Source: Gemmatimonadota bacterium
GTDB lineage: Bacteria > Gemmatimonadota > Gemmatimonadetes > Gemmatimonadales > GWC2-71-9
Direction: 5' to 3'
Length of the DNA: 64,000 nt
Assembly (NCBI GenBank): GCA_016209985.1
Contig: JACQVB010000022.1
Location: forward strand, 1,664-65,663
This document shows positions 54,969 to 63,620 of this stretch, one piece after another. A program made the translations under genes and the position numbers. The notes under the pieces were generated by a model. It had not been told where the DNA came from, did not search any database, and saw only the letters and a program-made list of their open reading frames with translations. The first letter of the stretch is position 1. Each line of letters starts with the position of its first letter.

Positions 54969-56048
54969 CTAGTTTCTCGTCACTTCCACCATCGCGTCCG
55001 CCCCTGCTGTGATCTCGCCGATGACCACCGCGGTCACCGGGGGGCCGGCTTGCTCGAGCCGCGAAAGCAGGTCGGGCAGCCGCGAAGAATCTAGCGCGAT
55101 GAGCAAGCCGCCCGAAGTCTGGGCATCGTTGAGAAGGATCTGGTCGACCTCGTCGACGCCCGCTCCCCAGCGGGTGGACGCGGCGGTATCGGTGCGGTTC
55201 CGGTCACTCCCGCCGGGCACGGCGCCTTGGGCCGCCAGCGCGCGCGCGCGGGGAAGCACCGGCACGCGCGCGACGTCGATCCGCGCGCTGCAGCGGCTCG
55301 CCGTAAGCAGGTTGCGCAAGTGCCCGATCAGGCCGAATCCCGTCACATCGGTCGCCGCATGGACTGCGGGACCCAACGCCCGCATCGCCTGCATGCCGGA
55401 CCGGTTGAGCGCGCGCATCGAGCGGATCGCCGGCTCCATGTCCGCTTCCGAGATCAGATCCTGTTTGAGCGCCGTGCTCAGGATGCCGGTGCCGATCGCC
55501 TTGGTGAGAACCAGCGAGTCGCCCGGCCGGGCGCCGGCGTTGCTGATGATGTCGCCCGGATGCACCTCACCCATGGCGACCATCCCGTACTTGGGTTCCG
55601 GGTCGTCGATCGAATGGCCGCCGAGGATGAATGCACCGGCCTCGCGTGCCACGTCCGCGCCGCCGCGCAGCACCTCGGCGAGCAGCTCCAGCATCTCCGG
55701 TTTACGGGGCCAGGCGAGTATGTTCAGCGCGATCAGCGGCGTTGCGCCCATGGCGTAGAGGTCGCTGAACGCGTTCGCGGCGGCGATGGCGCCGAACGCG
55801 TACGGATCGTCCACGATCGGCGCGAAGAAGTCCACGGTGGCTACCAGCGCGCGGTCATCGGAAAGCTGAAAGACCGCCGCGTCGTCCCTGGTAGCGGTGC
55901 CGACCAGCACGCGAGAGTCGTGGACTGCCGGTACGTGACGCAGGACCTGCGCCAGCTCGTCAGGGCCGAGCTTGCAGGCTCAACCCGCGCCGTGCGACAG
56001 TGACGTCAGCCGGATGCGGGGCTTCTGGTCACGCGGTGGGCGATCCAT
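54969..56048 (-). CDS. selD: Selenide, water dikinase; in-frame TGA (55982-55980) read as selenocysteine
   Basis: From ATG 56048: MDRPPRDQKPRIRLTSLSHGAG-U-ACKLGPDEL, colinear with the E. coli IRLTQYSHGAGCGCKISP active-site loop. The rest (DDAAV.., GGHSIDD.., AIR-synthase-like C-terminus) is typical SelD. Confidence 0.85.
55946..55978 (-). other. Candidate SECIS hairpin immediately 3' of the selD UGA
   Basis: mRNA sense cctgcaagctc-ggccctgac-gagctggcgcagg. It forms a two-part stem (cctgc/gcagg and agctc/gagct) starting 2 nt after the UGA. Confidence 0.4.
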
Positions 56049-56071
56049 CAGGCTTCTCCCGAAAAGGAATC

Positions 56072-56800
56072 ATGGACGCATTCTCGGCCGCCTATGCGGC
56101 GGCTTTCACGCTCGGAGTGGCGCATGCCCTCGAGGTGGATCACATGGTGGCGGTCACCGCGTTCGTCGGCGGGAATCCCCGCTTCGGCACGGCGGCGTCC
56201 TTCGGCATTCGCTGGGGAATCGGCCACGCGCTCACGGTGCTGGTCGCGGGATCGCTGCTGGCCTGGAGCGGCATGACCGTCCCGGCGGTGGCGCAGCGGT
56301 GGGCGGAGCTCGGCGTCGGTCTGGCGCTGATCGGCGTAGGAGTGTGGGCGTGGCACAACGCCCGGCGCCTGCACCTCCACGATCCGCGGCGCCACGGCGG
56401 CCACGGCCACCTTCACGCCCACGACGGGACGGGCGCGAATCACGAGCACGCGCATCCACCCGATCACGACCGCGACCACCCCGCCGACACCGACCGGCGC
56501 CACGCCCATCTCTCGACCGTCGTGGGGGCGGTCCATGGGCTGTCCGGCACCGCGCCGGTGGTGGCGTTGATTCCGGTCACGTTGATGCCGAGCTTCGGCG
56601 CGGCGGTGGGGTATCTCCTGGCCTTCGGCATCGGAACGACCGTCGGCATGGGAGCGTACGCGGCCCTGGCCGCACTCGGCCTGTCCCGCGCGGGCGCGTC
56701 ACTCAAGCTGGCCCGGGCCGTGGCCTTCGCTACCGCGGCGGCGAGCGTGGCGGTGGGACTGTGGTGGCTGTTGGCGAGCGCGGTGGGCACCGGCGGCTGA
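56072..56800 (+). CDS. NicO/RcnA-like nickel/cobalt transporter with His-rich loop
   Basis: HALEVDH resembles the NiCoT HAxDADH signature. The central loop is HLHDPRRHGGHGHLHAHD..HEHAHPPDHDRDH. About six TM segments. ATG at 56072. Confidence 0.6.
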   Translation: MDAFSAAYAAAFTLGVAHALEVDHMVAVTAFVGGNPRFGTAASFGIRWGIGHALTVLVAGSLLAWSGMTVPAVAQRWAELGVGLALIGVGVWAWHNARRLHLHDPRRHGGHGHLHAHDGTGANHEHAHPPDHDRDHPADTDRRHAHLSTVVGAVHGLSGTAPVVALIPVTLMPSFGAAVGYLLAFGIGTTVGMGAYAALAALGLSRAGASLKLARAVAFATAAASVAVGLWWLLASAVGTGG

Positions 56801-56803
56801 TCG

Positions 56804-57751
56804 CTACCCCGCGGCCAACGCCCGCAGCGCGATCAAGGAGTGCTCTTCGGTCCCCTCCACGAAGAGCGTGCCGTCGCGCGCCTGGGCGCAGATATGGGGA
56901 ACGGCGGCGCGGACCGCGGCTTGCGCGGGAGCGCTCGGAATGGAGAGCATGACGTCCAGGGCATGCAGCGGATGGGCGCCGTTCCAGCTGCCGTCCGGGC
57001 GCTGGCGGCGGGCCACCTGGCTCGCCAGCCGCTCCACCCGCTCGCGGAAATCGAGGGGCGCGTGCGCCACCCCGCCGAGCGCGAATAGGACCAGGTCGGG
57101 CGACCACGGGCTGCCCCATCCACCCCATACGTCCCCCAGGTTGAGCAGCGCGCCAAGGTGATCGAGCACCCTCTGGCGGCGTTCCTGGCGCGCGCGGAGC
57201 ACCGCGCGCAGGGCGAAGCAGCTGGCCGCGAACCGCGCTTCCGCCTCGTCTCGTACCGTGATGCCGATCGGGAAATCCAGCGGCGAGACGGTGTCCTCGG
57301 GCGCGGCGGGAGAGAAAAACCCGGAGAGAAAGTGCTGGCACAGGCCGCGGGCGTGCCGCTCGTCGGTGCATCCTTCGCCGAACCGGCCGGCCTGGGCCTG
57401 CCGGGCGAGGAGCCAGCCCACCACCCGAACCACGGCCGCATGGTCCGGCGGGCTGTCGAGCTGCATCAACTCCAGCAGCGTCCATGCGGTCTTTACCAGC
57501 GAGCCCTCGGTGCTGCCATCCATCCGGGTCCGCTGCCGCAGCTCGCGTACCAGATGATCGCTCAACACCGGATCCCGCTCCGCCGGAATGCCCAGATAAC
57601 GGCGCGCGAGCAATCCCGCGCGGCTTTGGCGTCCGGCGAAGAATTCCGCCGCGCGCGCTCTTGCTTCGGCGACTTCGCGCCCGCCAGCAGCCATGGTCTT
57701 CAGTTGGTCAGGGGATATGATATCTACAAGATAGTTTCTGGGGCGCGACAC
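56804..57751 (-). CDS. Hypothetical protein, weak prenyltransferase/terpene-cyclase alpha-alpha toroid repeat similarity
   Basis: Repeated ..LLARQ..GRFGEG.. and ..RRQRPDGSWNG.. motifs. Confidence 0.35.
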   Translation of the reverse strand: MSRPRNYLVDIISPDQLKTMAAGGREVAEARARAAEFFAGRQSRAGLLARRYLGIPAERDPVLSDHLVRELRQRTRMDGSTEGSLVKTAWTLLELMQLDSPPDHAAVVRVVGWLLARQAQAGRFGEGCTDERHARGLCQHFLSGFFSPAAPEDTVSPLDFPIGITVRDEAEARFAASCFALRAVLRARQERRQRVLDHLGALLNLGDVWGGWGSPWSPDLVLFALGGVAHAPLDFRERVERLASQVARRQRPDGSWNGAHPLHALDVMLSIPSAPAQAAVRAAVPHICAQARDGTLFVEGTEEHSLIALRALAAG

Positions 57752-57769
57752 TTGAAGCGGCCAAGGAGC

Positions 57770-58093
57770 TTAATTCTTCCTGATCAACGTCCGCAACCCG
57801 AAGAACACCCAGAGCAACAGCGGCAGCACCACGAAGAAGATCATCCAGTTGAGCACCCAGTTGGCCCGGGTCAAGGTGGGCACCTTGGCGCGCATCCTCT
57901 CCCATTGTGCGCGACTGACCGCCGTCCAGAAAAACACTCCGATGACCCCGAAGTACACGGAGTGGAGCAGGTAAACCCACCATTTGCCGCGGCCGACGAC
58001 CATGCCGATCAACAGCAGGGGATGCAGCAGGAGCGGAATTCCCAGGGGAAACGAGAACCCCATCCCCTTGGGTGGTTCGACCGGCTCGGTCAC
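57770..58093 (-). CDS. Small integral membrane protein
   Basis: 107 aa with three hydrophobic helices. GTGA overlap with the upstream amidohydrolase gene. Confidence 0.5.
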   Translation of the reverse strand: MTEPVEPPKGMGFSFPLGIPLLLHPLLLIGMVVGRGKWWVYLLHSVYFGVIGVFFWTAVSRAQWERMRAKVPTLTRANWVLNWMIFFVVLPLLLWVFFGLRTLIRKN

Positions 58094-59454
58094 CAGCCCT
58101 GCCGCAGGTCTGCGACGGTTCGATCCACGCCGAATTGCACCACGCGTTCGACGCGTTTCGTGTTGGCGACGTCCTGAAGTGGATTCCCGCCCAGCACGAT
58201 GAAGTCCGCGGGTTTTCCCGCTGCGAGCACGCCGAGGGAATCGATGCCGAGCAGCCGCGCCGCGTCGCGGGTGGCGGCGAGCAGGGCATCGGTCGGGCTC
58301 AGGCCCGCCTCCACCAAGAGCGCCATCTCTTCATGCAGCGAAGCACCCGGGGCGATCAGCTGGTTGGGTGAGTCCGTTCCCACCACGACCCGTCCACCCT
58401 CCCGGGCGTAGATCCGAACGAACTGGTTTTCCACCGGCCGCGAGCGCCGCAATACGGGATAATCGACCGGCTTGAGGCGCGCGCGCTCCACCAGTCCCGG
58501 GATGTCCCAGTCTTTCCGGACATCGGCCGGCACGCCCGTCAGATCGAGACGGTTCGCGTAGGCGGAATCTTCCAGAAACGCATACGTCTGATGCTGGATG
58601 AGCGTCGGGATGATGGTGACCTTCGAGCCGATCAGCGCCCGGGCCGTTCGATCGAGCGTTGCCGAATCGAGCGGCGCCCAGCCACGTTCGAAGGCGATCC
58701 AGCCGGTGAAGAAATCGTCGTGCGCCCGGAAGAATGGCGCCGGATTGCGCACCGATGACTCGACCACGCCGCTCAGATGTTCGATGGCGCTGACACCCAT
58801 CCTGGCCGCCGTGACCGCATCCACCTTCCCCAGGTGAGCGGTCACTGGCACGTTGAGCGTCTTGGCCTCGTCGAGCACCGCCTCGAGCAGGCGCCGGTCG
58901 ACCTTGGTGTACACCTTGACCTGCGAGACGTCGGCGAGCACCAACCGGTCCACCGCCCGCCGCGCGTCTTCCGGCTTGAACACCTCCGTGGCGTCCGGCC
59001 AGGTCGCGGGAGCGCCGTCGATCATGGCGCCCGAAATGAAGAGTCGCGGGCCGGCCGTGGCCCCGGACCCGATCTCTGAGCGCAGCGCCACCAGGCTATC
59101 GGTGATGCCGCCGACATCCCGTACCGCGGTCACCCCGGAGGCGAGATAGCGCGGGAGGGTCCAGCGCTCGACATGGGTGTGCCCGTCGATCAATCCCGGC
59201 ACTACCCATTTGCCGTCCAGGTGAATCACCGTTGCGCCGCGGGGAACCGACACGCTGCCGGCCGGGCCCATGCGCTCGATACGGCTGCCGCTCACGATGA
59301 GGGTCGCGTTCGGGATCGGCGCCGAGCCGCTGCCGTCGAACAGCAGCGCATCGACGAACGCCGTCTTTCCCTTTCCGGGGGCCGTGCAGGCGACCAGCAA
59401 GACCAGCCCGGCCCCGGACAGCGCTCGGGTGCAGTGGGATGGCGCGGAATACAT
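58090..59454 (-). CDS. Amidohydrolase-family metallo-hydrolase, exported
   Basis: Preferred start MYSAPSHCTRALSGAGLVLLVAC (signal/lipobox-like). GLIDGHTHV metal motif. Confidence 0.8.
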   Translation of the reverse strand: MYSAPSHCTRALSGAGLVLLVACTAPGKGKTAFVDALLFDGSGSAPIPNATLIVSGSRIERMGPAGSVSVPRGATVIHLDGKWVVPGLIDGHTHVERWTLPRYLASGVTAVRDVGGITDSLVALRSEIGSGATAGPRLFISGAMIDGAPATWPDATEVFKPEDARRAVDRLVLADVSQVKVYTKVDRRLLEAVLDEAKTLNVPVTAHLGKVDAVTAARMGVSAIEHLSGVVESSVRNPAPFFRAHDDFFTGWIAFERGWAPLDSATLDRTARALIGSKVTIIPTLIQHQTYAFLEDSAYANRLDLTGVPADVRKDWDIPGLVERARLKPVDYPVLRRSRPVENQFVRIYAREGGRVVVGTDSPNQLIAPGASLHEEMALLVEAGLSPTDALLAATRDAARLLGIDSLGVLAAGKPADFIVLGGNPLQDVANTKRVERVVQFGVDRTVADLRQGW

Positions 59455-59563
59455 CAAATGAGCTCCGGAGGTGTCCAGGAGGGCGGCTCCGAGGGACTCG
59501 CGGGGCGGCGCACGCCTCGATGCAGTGGCGCCGCCCGCGATCTTCACCCGCCAACCGTGGAGG

Positions 59564-59881
59564 TCAGCGTTTCTTCTTGCCCTTCTTCGACTTCTTGGCA
59601 GCCTTCTTCGCTTTCTTCTTCGCTTTCTTCGCCGCCTTCTTCGCCTTCTTGACGCTCTTCTTCGGCGCCGCTTTCTTCGCCTTCTTCGCCGCTTTTCTCG
59701 GCTTCGGCTTCGCGGCCGGCTTGGCCGCCGGGGCGGCTGGTGCCGCACTCGGCGAGGGCGCGGGAGAGGGTTGCGACCACAGCGGCGTTTCCGCAGGAGC
59801 CGGTTTCACGGGTGGCGTCAGCGGCATTGGATCCCACATTCCGGGACCGCCCAACCCGCTGATTTCGGACGGGAGACTCAT
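59564..59881 (-). CDS. Lys/Ala-repeat basic protein (histone H1/Hc1/AlgP-tail-like)
   Basis: A Pro-rich N-terminal half, then AAKPAAKPKPRKAAKKAKKAAPKKSVKKAKKAAKKAKKKAKKAAKKSKKGKKKR. Confidence 0.65.
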   Translation of the reverse strand: MSLPSEISGLGGPGMWDPMPLTPPVKPAPAETPLWSQPSPAPSPSAAPAAPAAKPAAKPKPRKAAKKAKKAAPKKSVKKAKKAAKKAKKKAKKAAKKSKKGKKKR

Positions 59882-60070
59882 GTGATCTACCTCCAGGTGA
59901 GTGTGGCGAGTGCGGCTATAGAGTCGTGGGTGCGACGAGGCTACGCAAGAGGAACTGACGGGATTCTGCTTGACACCGCCCGTCAGATCGCCTTAGGTTC
60001 GATCGCGCTGCAATCGCATATCTCCTGACAGGTTTTGCATTTACGCGTTTTCTGTATGGGGGCCCGGGGC

Positions 60071-62350
60071 ATGTCTCGGACGGTACCCACGATTGCCATC
60101 TTGGTGACGGTGTTGGTTGCCGGACTGCCCTCGCTCGCCCCGGCGCAGGGAACCGGAGTGGCACAGGTGCAGGTCGCTCCGCCCAACGTTTCCCTGAATA
60201 TCGGCCAGCATGCCAACGTCTTCGCCACGGCCTTTGACGGGAAGAACAACGTGGTGCCGATTCAGAAAATCACCTGGAGCTCTTCCAACCCGGCGGTGCT
60301 CAAGGTCGAGGCCGACAGCACCTCTCCGGAGATCGCAATCCTGGTCGGCCTCGCCGCTGGTGCCGCTACCGTAGAGGCGCGGGTAGGAACCCGGCGGGGA
60401 ACCGCCACGGTGCAAGTCGCCGGAGCCGGCCCGGTCTCGGTGGCAGCCGCTGTTCCATCCGGCCCGCCGGCTCCCACCGGGTTCGGTGCCGCCAGTCTGC
60501 TCAAGCTCGAGCCCAGCTCGCTCTTCCTCTTGCCGGCGGAAGCATTCCGGGTCTCTCCGGTGTTCCTGAAAGACGATGGGACTCCCGCGGCCCCGGCCAG
60601 GCTTTCGTGGAAATCGCTGGTCCCCACCGTGGCCACCGTGGATGCCGAAGGAACGGTCGTCGCGATTGCTCCGGGACAGGGGCTGATCGAAGCGACCGCT
60701 GGCCCACTGGCGGGCCGGCTCCCGGTCGCGGTGTCGCTGAGCAAGATCGCGCTGAGCCGCCGCCTCCAGACGATGTCTCCGGGCTCGGTGGACACCTTCG
60801 TGGTCACCGTGCCGGAGCAGAATAATCGTCCGCTGCCTCCCACCAACATTCAGTGGCGCTCCAGCGATGAAAATGTCGTCCGGGTTTCACCGTTCGGTGT
60901 AGTGAGCGCGGTAGCCGGTGGGCGGGCCGAAGTGGTCGCCTCCGGATTCCTTCAGGAACTCCGGGTGCCGGTGAGCGTGCATAAGGCCGTCGAATTCCTG
61001 CGGCTTTCTCCCTCCGCTCGAGATACGATACGGCTCCCGCTGGGCGGGTCCGTAAGGTTCGTGGCCGAGGCACAGGCCGCGGACCAAAGCCCGGTGCCCG
61101 AGGCTCCCATTTCGTGGAAGCTGCTCGATACGTCGGTGGTGTCGTTCGATTCCTCCAGCGGCCTGATGCTGCCCAAGCGGATCGGGACCACGCGCCTGCG
61201 GATCAGCGTGGCCGGCGGCGGCCTCGATACCGCCTGGACCGTGAGCGTGATCGCCGGCGGCGTGAGGTTCCCGCTGCACCGCGCGGGGCTCGCCACCGGA
61301 GACCGGCTCAAGGTGACCGCCTCGCTCACCGACGACGCCGGCCGGCCCATCGCCGCGGCCACCGGCCTTCGCTGGACGTCCTCGGCGGCGCAGGTGGCCC
61401 AGGTGGATCTCGATGGCAACGTCGCCGGTGCCGCGCCCGGGCGTTCCACGATCGTCGCCCTCTCACCCTGGGGTCGCGGTGATACCTTGACCGTGATCGT
61501 GCAGCGCGAGCTGCTGGTGACGGCCACCAGGGGAGGTAATCCGGATATCTACGCGCTGGATCGTCGCTCACCCGATCCCGCCGGCTGGACCCGCGTTACC
61601 ACCGAGCCGTCCAACGAAAGCGGGGCGTCCTTCGCGGCGGGTGGGATGGAGCTCGTGTTCATGTCGAGCAGGGACGGCAATCAGGAGATCTATGTCGCGG
61701 ATGCGGATGGGACCAATCCGCGCCGGCTGACCAGTACCCCGGCGCAGGAAGACTCGCCCGACTGGACCCCGGACGGCAAGCAGATCGTGTATGCCTCGAA
61801 CGCGACCGGCAGCTATCAGATCTGGATCATGAATGCGGACGGAACCGAGCAGCGACGCCTGACGGACGGCCCGGCGTTCAATTTCCAACCGGCCGTTTCG
61901 CCGGACGGCAAGACCATCGCCTTCGCGTCGACTCGCGACGGGAACTACGACATCTACCTGATGAATATCGACGGGACCAGCCAGCGGAATTACACCCACA
62001 GCCCGGGCAGGGAGACCATTCCGCAGTGGTTCCCCAACGGCCAGTTGGGTTATTTGACGGAGCAGCGGACCGGCACCGGCCGCAACGCCAGCATCGCCAG
62101 TGTGGTGATGAAGGCCGACCCCGCCGGCGGTGCGCCCGCCACGGCGCTGACGCCGGCGAATCTCGTCGTGACCGATTTCGCGGTGTCGCGCGACGGTGAA
62201 TCACTGGCGCTGGTCGTCAGCAGTAGTGGTCCCGGCGGCGCAATGTCGAGCAAGCTCTATCTGACGTCTGCAGCAACGGGTTCCGTCCCAGTGGAGGTGC
62301 CGGTACCGGCTGCCGGCGAGCAGGTGTTCTCTCCGGCTTTCCGGAAGTGA
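60071..62350 (+). CDS. Exported protein with Big_2 Ig-like repeats and a C-terminal TolB-like (PD40) beta-propeller
   Basis: Signal MSRTVPTIAILVTVLVAGLPSLAPAQG. Repeated ..W.SS.P.V..V...G.V.A...G.. modules. C-terminal SRDGNQEIYVADADGTNPRRLT and SPDGKTIAFASTRDGNYDIYLMNIDGT. Confidence 0.8.
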   Translation: MSRTVPTIAILVTVLVAGLPSLAPAQGTGVAQVQVAPPNVSLNIGQHANVFATAFDGKNNVVPIQKITWSSSNPAVLKVEADSTSPEIAILVGLAAGAATVEARVGTRRGTATVQVAGAGPVSVAAAVPSGPPAPTGFGAASLLKLEPSSLFLLPAEAFRVSPVFLKDDGTPAAPARLSWKSLVPTVATVDAEGTVVAIAPGQGLIEATAGPLAGRLPVAVSLSKIALSRRLQTMSPGSVDTFVVTVPEQNNRPLPPTNIQWRSSDENVVRVSPFGVVSAVAGGRAEVVASGFLQELRVPVSVHKAVEFLRLSPSARDTIRLPLGGSVRFVAEAQAADQSPVPEAPISWKLLDTSVVSFDSSSGLMLPKRIGTTRLRISVAGGGLDTAWTVSVIAGGVRFPLHRAGLATGDRLKVTASLTDDAGRPIAAATGLRWTSSAAQVAQVDLDGNVAGAAPGRSTIVALSPWGRGDTLTVIVQRELLVTATRGGNPDIYALDRRSPDPAGWTRVTTEPSNESGASFAAGGMELVFMSSRDGNQEIYVADADGTNPRRLTSTPAQEDSPDWTPDGKQIVYASNATGSYQIWIMNADGTEQRRLTDGPAFNFQPAVSPDGKTIAFASTRDGNYDIYLMNIDGTSQRNYTHSPGRETIPQWFPNGQLGYLTEQRTGTGRNASIASVVMKADPAGGAPATALTPANLVVTDFAVSRDGESLALVVSSSGPGGAMSSKLYLTSAATGSVPVEVPVPAAGEQVFSPAFRK

Positions 62351-62427
62351 CGGTCGGTCGGTCGGTCGGTCGGACGGTCGTTTGGCCTCGCAGCCGACCG
62401 TGTGACCGTCTGGCCGTCTGACCGTCA
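62348..62427. repeat. Unit-repeat hairpin (GGTC/GACGGTC units)
   Basis: tgacggtcggtcggtcggtcggtcggacggtcg ... cagccgaccgtgtgaccgtctggccgtctgaccgtca. Confidence 0.65.
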
Positions 62428-62440
62428 GCACCGCACACCG

Positions 62441-63490
62441 ATGAAAGCGTTGCTCATGCGCGCCCACGGAGATCTGTCCACCCTCGCGGTGGGCGAGACC
62501 CCGAGCCCTACGCTCCCCGACAGTCGCCACGCCCTGGTTCGCCTCAAGGCTGCCGCGCTGAATCACCTCGACCTGTGGACTCTGGCGGGCGTGCCCGGCA
62601 TTTCGCTCAAATTCCCGCATATTCTCGGCGGTGATGGCGCCGGGATCGTGGAAGAGGTGGGCAGCGACGTTCGCAGCGTGAAACCGGGCGATTGCGTCAT
62701 GTTCAATCCCGGCATTTCCTGCTATCGCTGCGAATACTGCCTGGCCGGCGACCACTCGCTCTGCGTGGATTACCGCCTGCTCGGAGAGCACGTTCCCGGC
62801 ACGCTGGCCGAGTTCATCGCCATTCCCGAGCCGAACCTGGCCCTCATCCCGCGGCCGCCGGCACCGCAGCCGGAGATTTCCTGGACCGAAGCCGCCGCAT
62901 TCTCATTGGTCACGTTGACGGCGTGGCGGATGCTGGTGACCCGCGCGCGGCTCCGCCCCGGAGAGGTGGTCCTGATCTGGGGGGTTGGCGGTGGCGTGTC
63001 GCTCGTGGCGCTGAAGATCGCCAAGCTGATCGGCGCCTTTGCCATCGTGACCTCGGGAAGCGACGACAAACTCGCCAAGGCCAGGGAGATCGGTGCGGAC
63101 GTCACCCTGAACCACGCCACCGGGGACGTCGCGAAGGAAGTTCGCCAGCTCACCAACCGCCGCGGCGCCGACGTTGTCGTGGAAAACGTGGGCGAGGCCA
63201 CCTGGGAGCAATCCCTGCGCGCCCTCGGTCGCGGCGGGCGGGTGGTGACCTGCGGGGGGACCACGGGCCACAACCTGATTACCGACGTTCGCCGGCTGTT
63301 CTGGCATCAGTGGACCATCATGGGCTCGACCATGGGCAACCACCTGGAATACCAGGAAATCGTTCGACTGTTGGGACAGGGTGAATTGCGTCCCACCGTC
63401 CATGCGACCTTCCCGCTGGAGCGCGCCGCCGCCGCGCTCGAAGAGCTGAAGTCCGCTCATCGATTCGGCAAAATCGTGGTCCAGATCTGA
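62441..63490 (+). CDS. Zinc-type alcohol dehydrogenase/quinone oxidoreductase family (MDR)
   Basis: GGDGAGIVEEVG, structural-zinc Cys cluster CYRCEYCLAGDHSLC, GVGGGV NAD fold. Confidence 0.85.
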   Translation: MKALLMRAHGDLSTLAVGETPSPTLPDSRHALVRLKAAALNHLDLWTLAGVPGISLKFPHILGGDGAGIVEEVGSDVRSVKPGDCVMFNPGISCYRCEYCLAGDHSLCVDYRLLGEHVPGTLAEFIAIPEPNLALIPRPPAPQPEISWTEAAAFSLVTLTAWRMLVTRARLRPGEVVLIWGVGGGVSLVALKIAKLIGAFAIVTSGSDDKLAKAREIGADVTLNHATGDVAKEVRQLTNRRGADVVVENVGEATWEQSLRALGRGGRVVTCGGTTGHNLITDVRRLFWHQWTIMGSTMGNHLEYQEIVRLLGQGELRPTVHATFPLERAAAALEELKSAHRFGKIVVQI

Positions 63491-63518
63491 CGCTTCGGAC
63501 TACCCCTCCGGTTGGTCC

Positions 63519-63537
63519 TGTAAATCACTGATTTACA
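63519..63537. promoter_or_regulatory. Perfect 9-1-9 AT-rich palindrome upstream of gyrA
   Basis: tgtaaatca-c-tgatttaca. Confidence 0.4.
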
Positions 63538-63550
63538 AGCGATTACGGCG

Positions 63551-63579
63551 TTGCCCCGCACCTCCTAACCTGCTATATT
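63551..63579 (+). promoter_or_regulatory. Candidate gyrA promoter with extended -10
   Basis: TTGCCC, 17 nt, TGcTATATT. Confidence 0.4.
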
Positions 63580-63592
63580 TGGAGGACCTCTG

Positions 63593-63620
63593 ACGGGGTC
63601 ATTTCGGCCCCGTTTCTTGT
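63593..63620 (+). terminator. Hairpin plus T-rich run in the adh-gyrA gap (adh terminator or gyrA leader attenuator)
   Basis: acgggg-tcatttcgg-ccccgt followed by ttcttgtt, ending 28 nt before the gyrA ATG. Confidence 0.4.

Noticed and set aside
55910-55982. Treating the selD TGA (55982-55980) as a genuine stop, with GTG 55910 as the start.
   Set aside because: This would delete the conserved catalytic loop. The 22 codons upstream of the TGA and the 23 codons after it align with the SelD N-terminus, with TGA exactly at the Cys/Sec column.
58090-59748. 552-aa amidohydrolase ORF with a poly-Arg/Lys N-terminus.
   Set aside because: The Arg-rich 98-aa extension is an alternative frame of the Lys/Ala-repeat gene region. 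The amidohydrolase has a convincing signal peptide from ATG 59454.
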